A DNA stretch of 33,711 nucleotides from positions 53,880,720 to 53,914,430 of the forward strand of contig NC_057718.1 of assembly GCF_004010195.1 (NCBI RefSeq). The letters are read 5' to 3'. This document shows, piece after piece, positions 33,380 through 33,711 of the stretch. The position numbers and the translations under genes are program-made. Origin of the DNA: Chiloscyllium plagiosum (taxonomy: Eukaryota). Position 1 is the first letter of the stretch, and each line of letters begins with the position of its first letter. The notes beneath the pieces were generated by a model that did not search any database, was not told where the DNA came from, and was given only the letters and a program-made list of their open reading frames with translations.

Positions 33380-33711
33380 GTGACCTTATAGAGGTTTACA
33401 AAATTATGAGGGGCATGATAGGATAAATAGACAAGGTCTTTTTCCTGGGATCAGGGAGTCCAGAACGAGAGGGCATAGATTTAGGGTGAGAGGGGAAAGA
33501 TATAAAAGAGACCTAAGGGGCAACTTTTTCACGCAGAGGGTGATACATGTACGGAATGAGCTGCCAGAGGATGTGGTGGAGACTGGTACAATTGCAACAT
33601 TTAAGAGGCATTTGGATGGGTATATGAATAGGAAGGGTTTGGGGGATATGGGCCGGGTGCTGGCAGGTGGGACTAGATTGGGTTGGAATATCTGGTCGGC
33701 ATGGACAGGTA
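33379..33711 (+). mobile_element. 5'-truncated CR1 3' region, runs off the window end
   Basis: GDLIEVYKIMRG and DLRGNFFTQRVIHVRNELPEDVVETGTIATFKRHLDGYMNRKG; same family as 23604-24750. Confidence 0.93.

Overview
Eukaryotic, repeat-rich genomic DNA, almost certainly from a cartilaginous fish (shark). The basis is several HE1-type V-SINEs, shark-type CR1 LINEs and a vertebrate-type 5S rDNA unit with a (GCA)n spacer. No host protein-coding gene is identifiable, and the longer ORFs in the track are transposon remnants or low-complexity artefacts. Contents: (1) a 5S rRNA gene (401-520, minus) with both spacers, lying between two copies of the same CR1 family at 1,666-bp spacing; (2) a full-length but inactivated CR1 LINE (26007-30127) with zinc-finger/esterase ORF1, APE-RT ORF2 and an 8-bp TSD; (3) many truncated CR1 and L2-type fragments; (4) at least three families of Penelope-like elements whose terminal repeats carry minimal hammerhead ribozymes, including two fold-back mini-elements, one with a perfect 15-bp TSD; (5) a three-level nested insertion, Penelope > CR1 > Penelope; (6) decayed Harbinger transposase and Myb/SANT remnants. 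Family names come from motif recognition, not database searches, and boundaries of old repeats are approximate.
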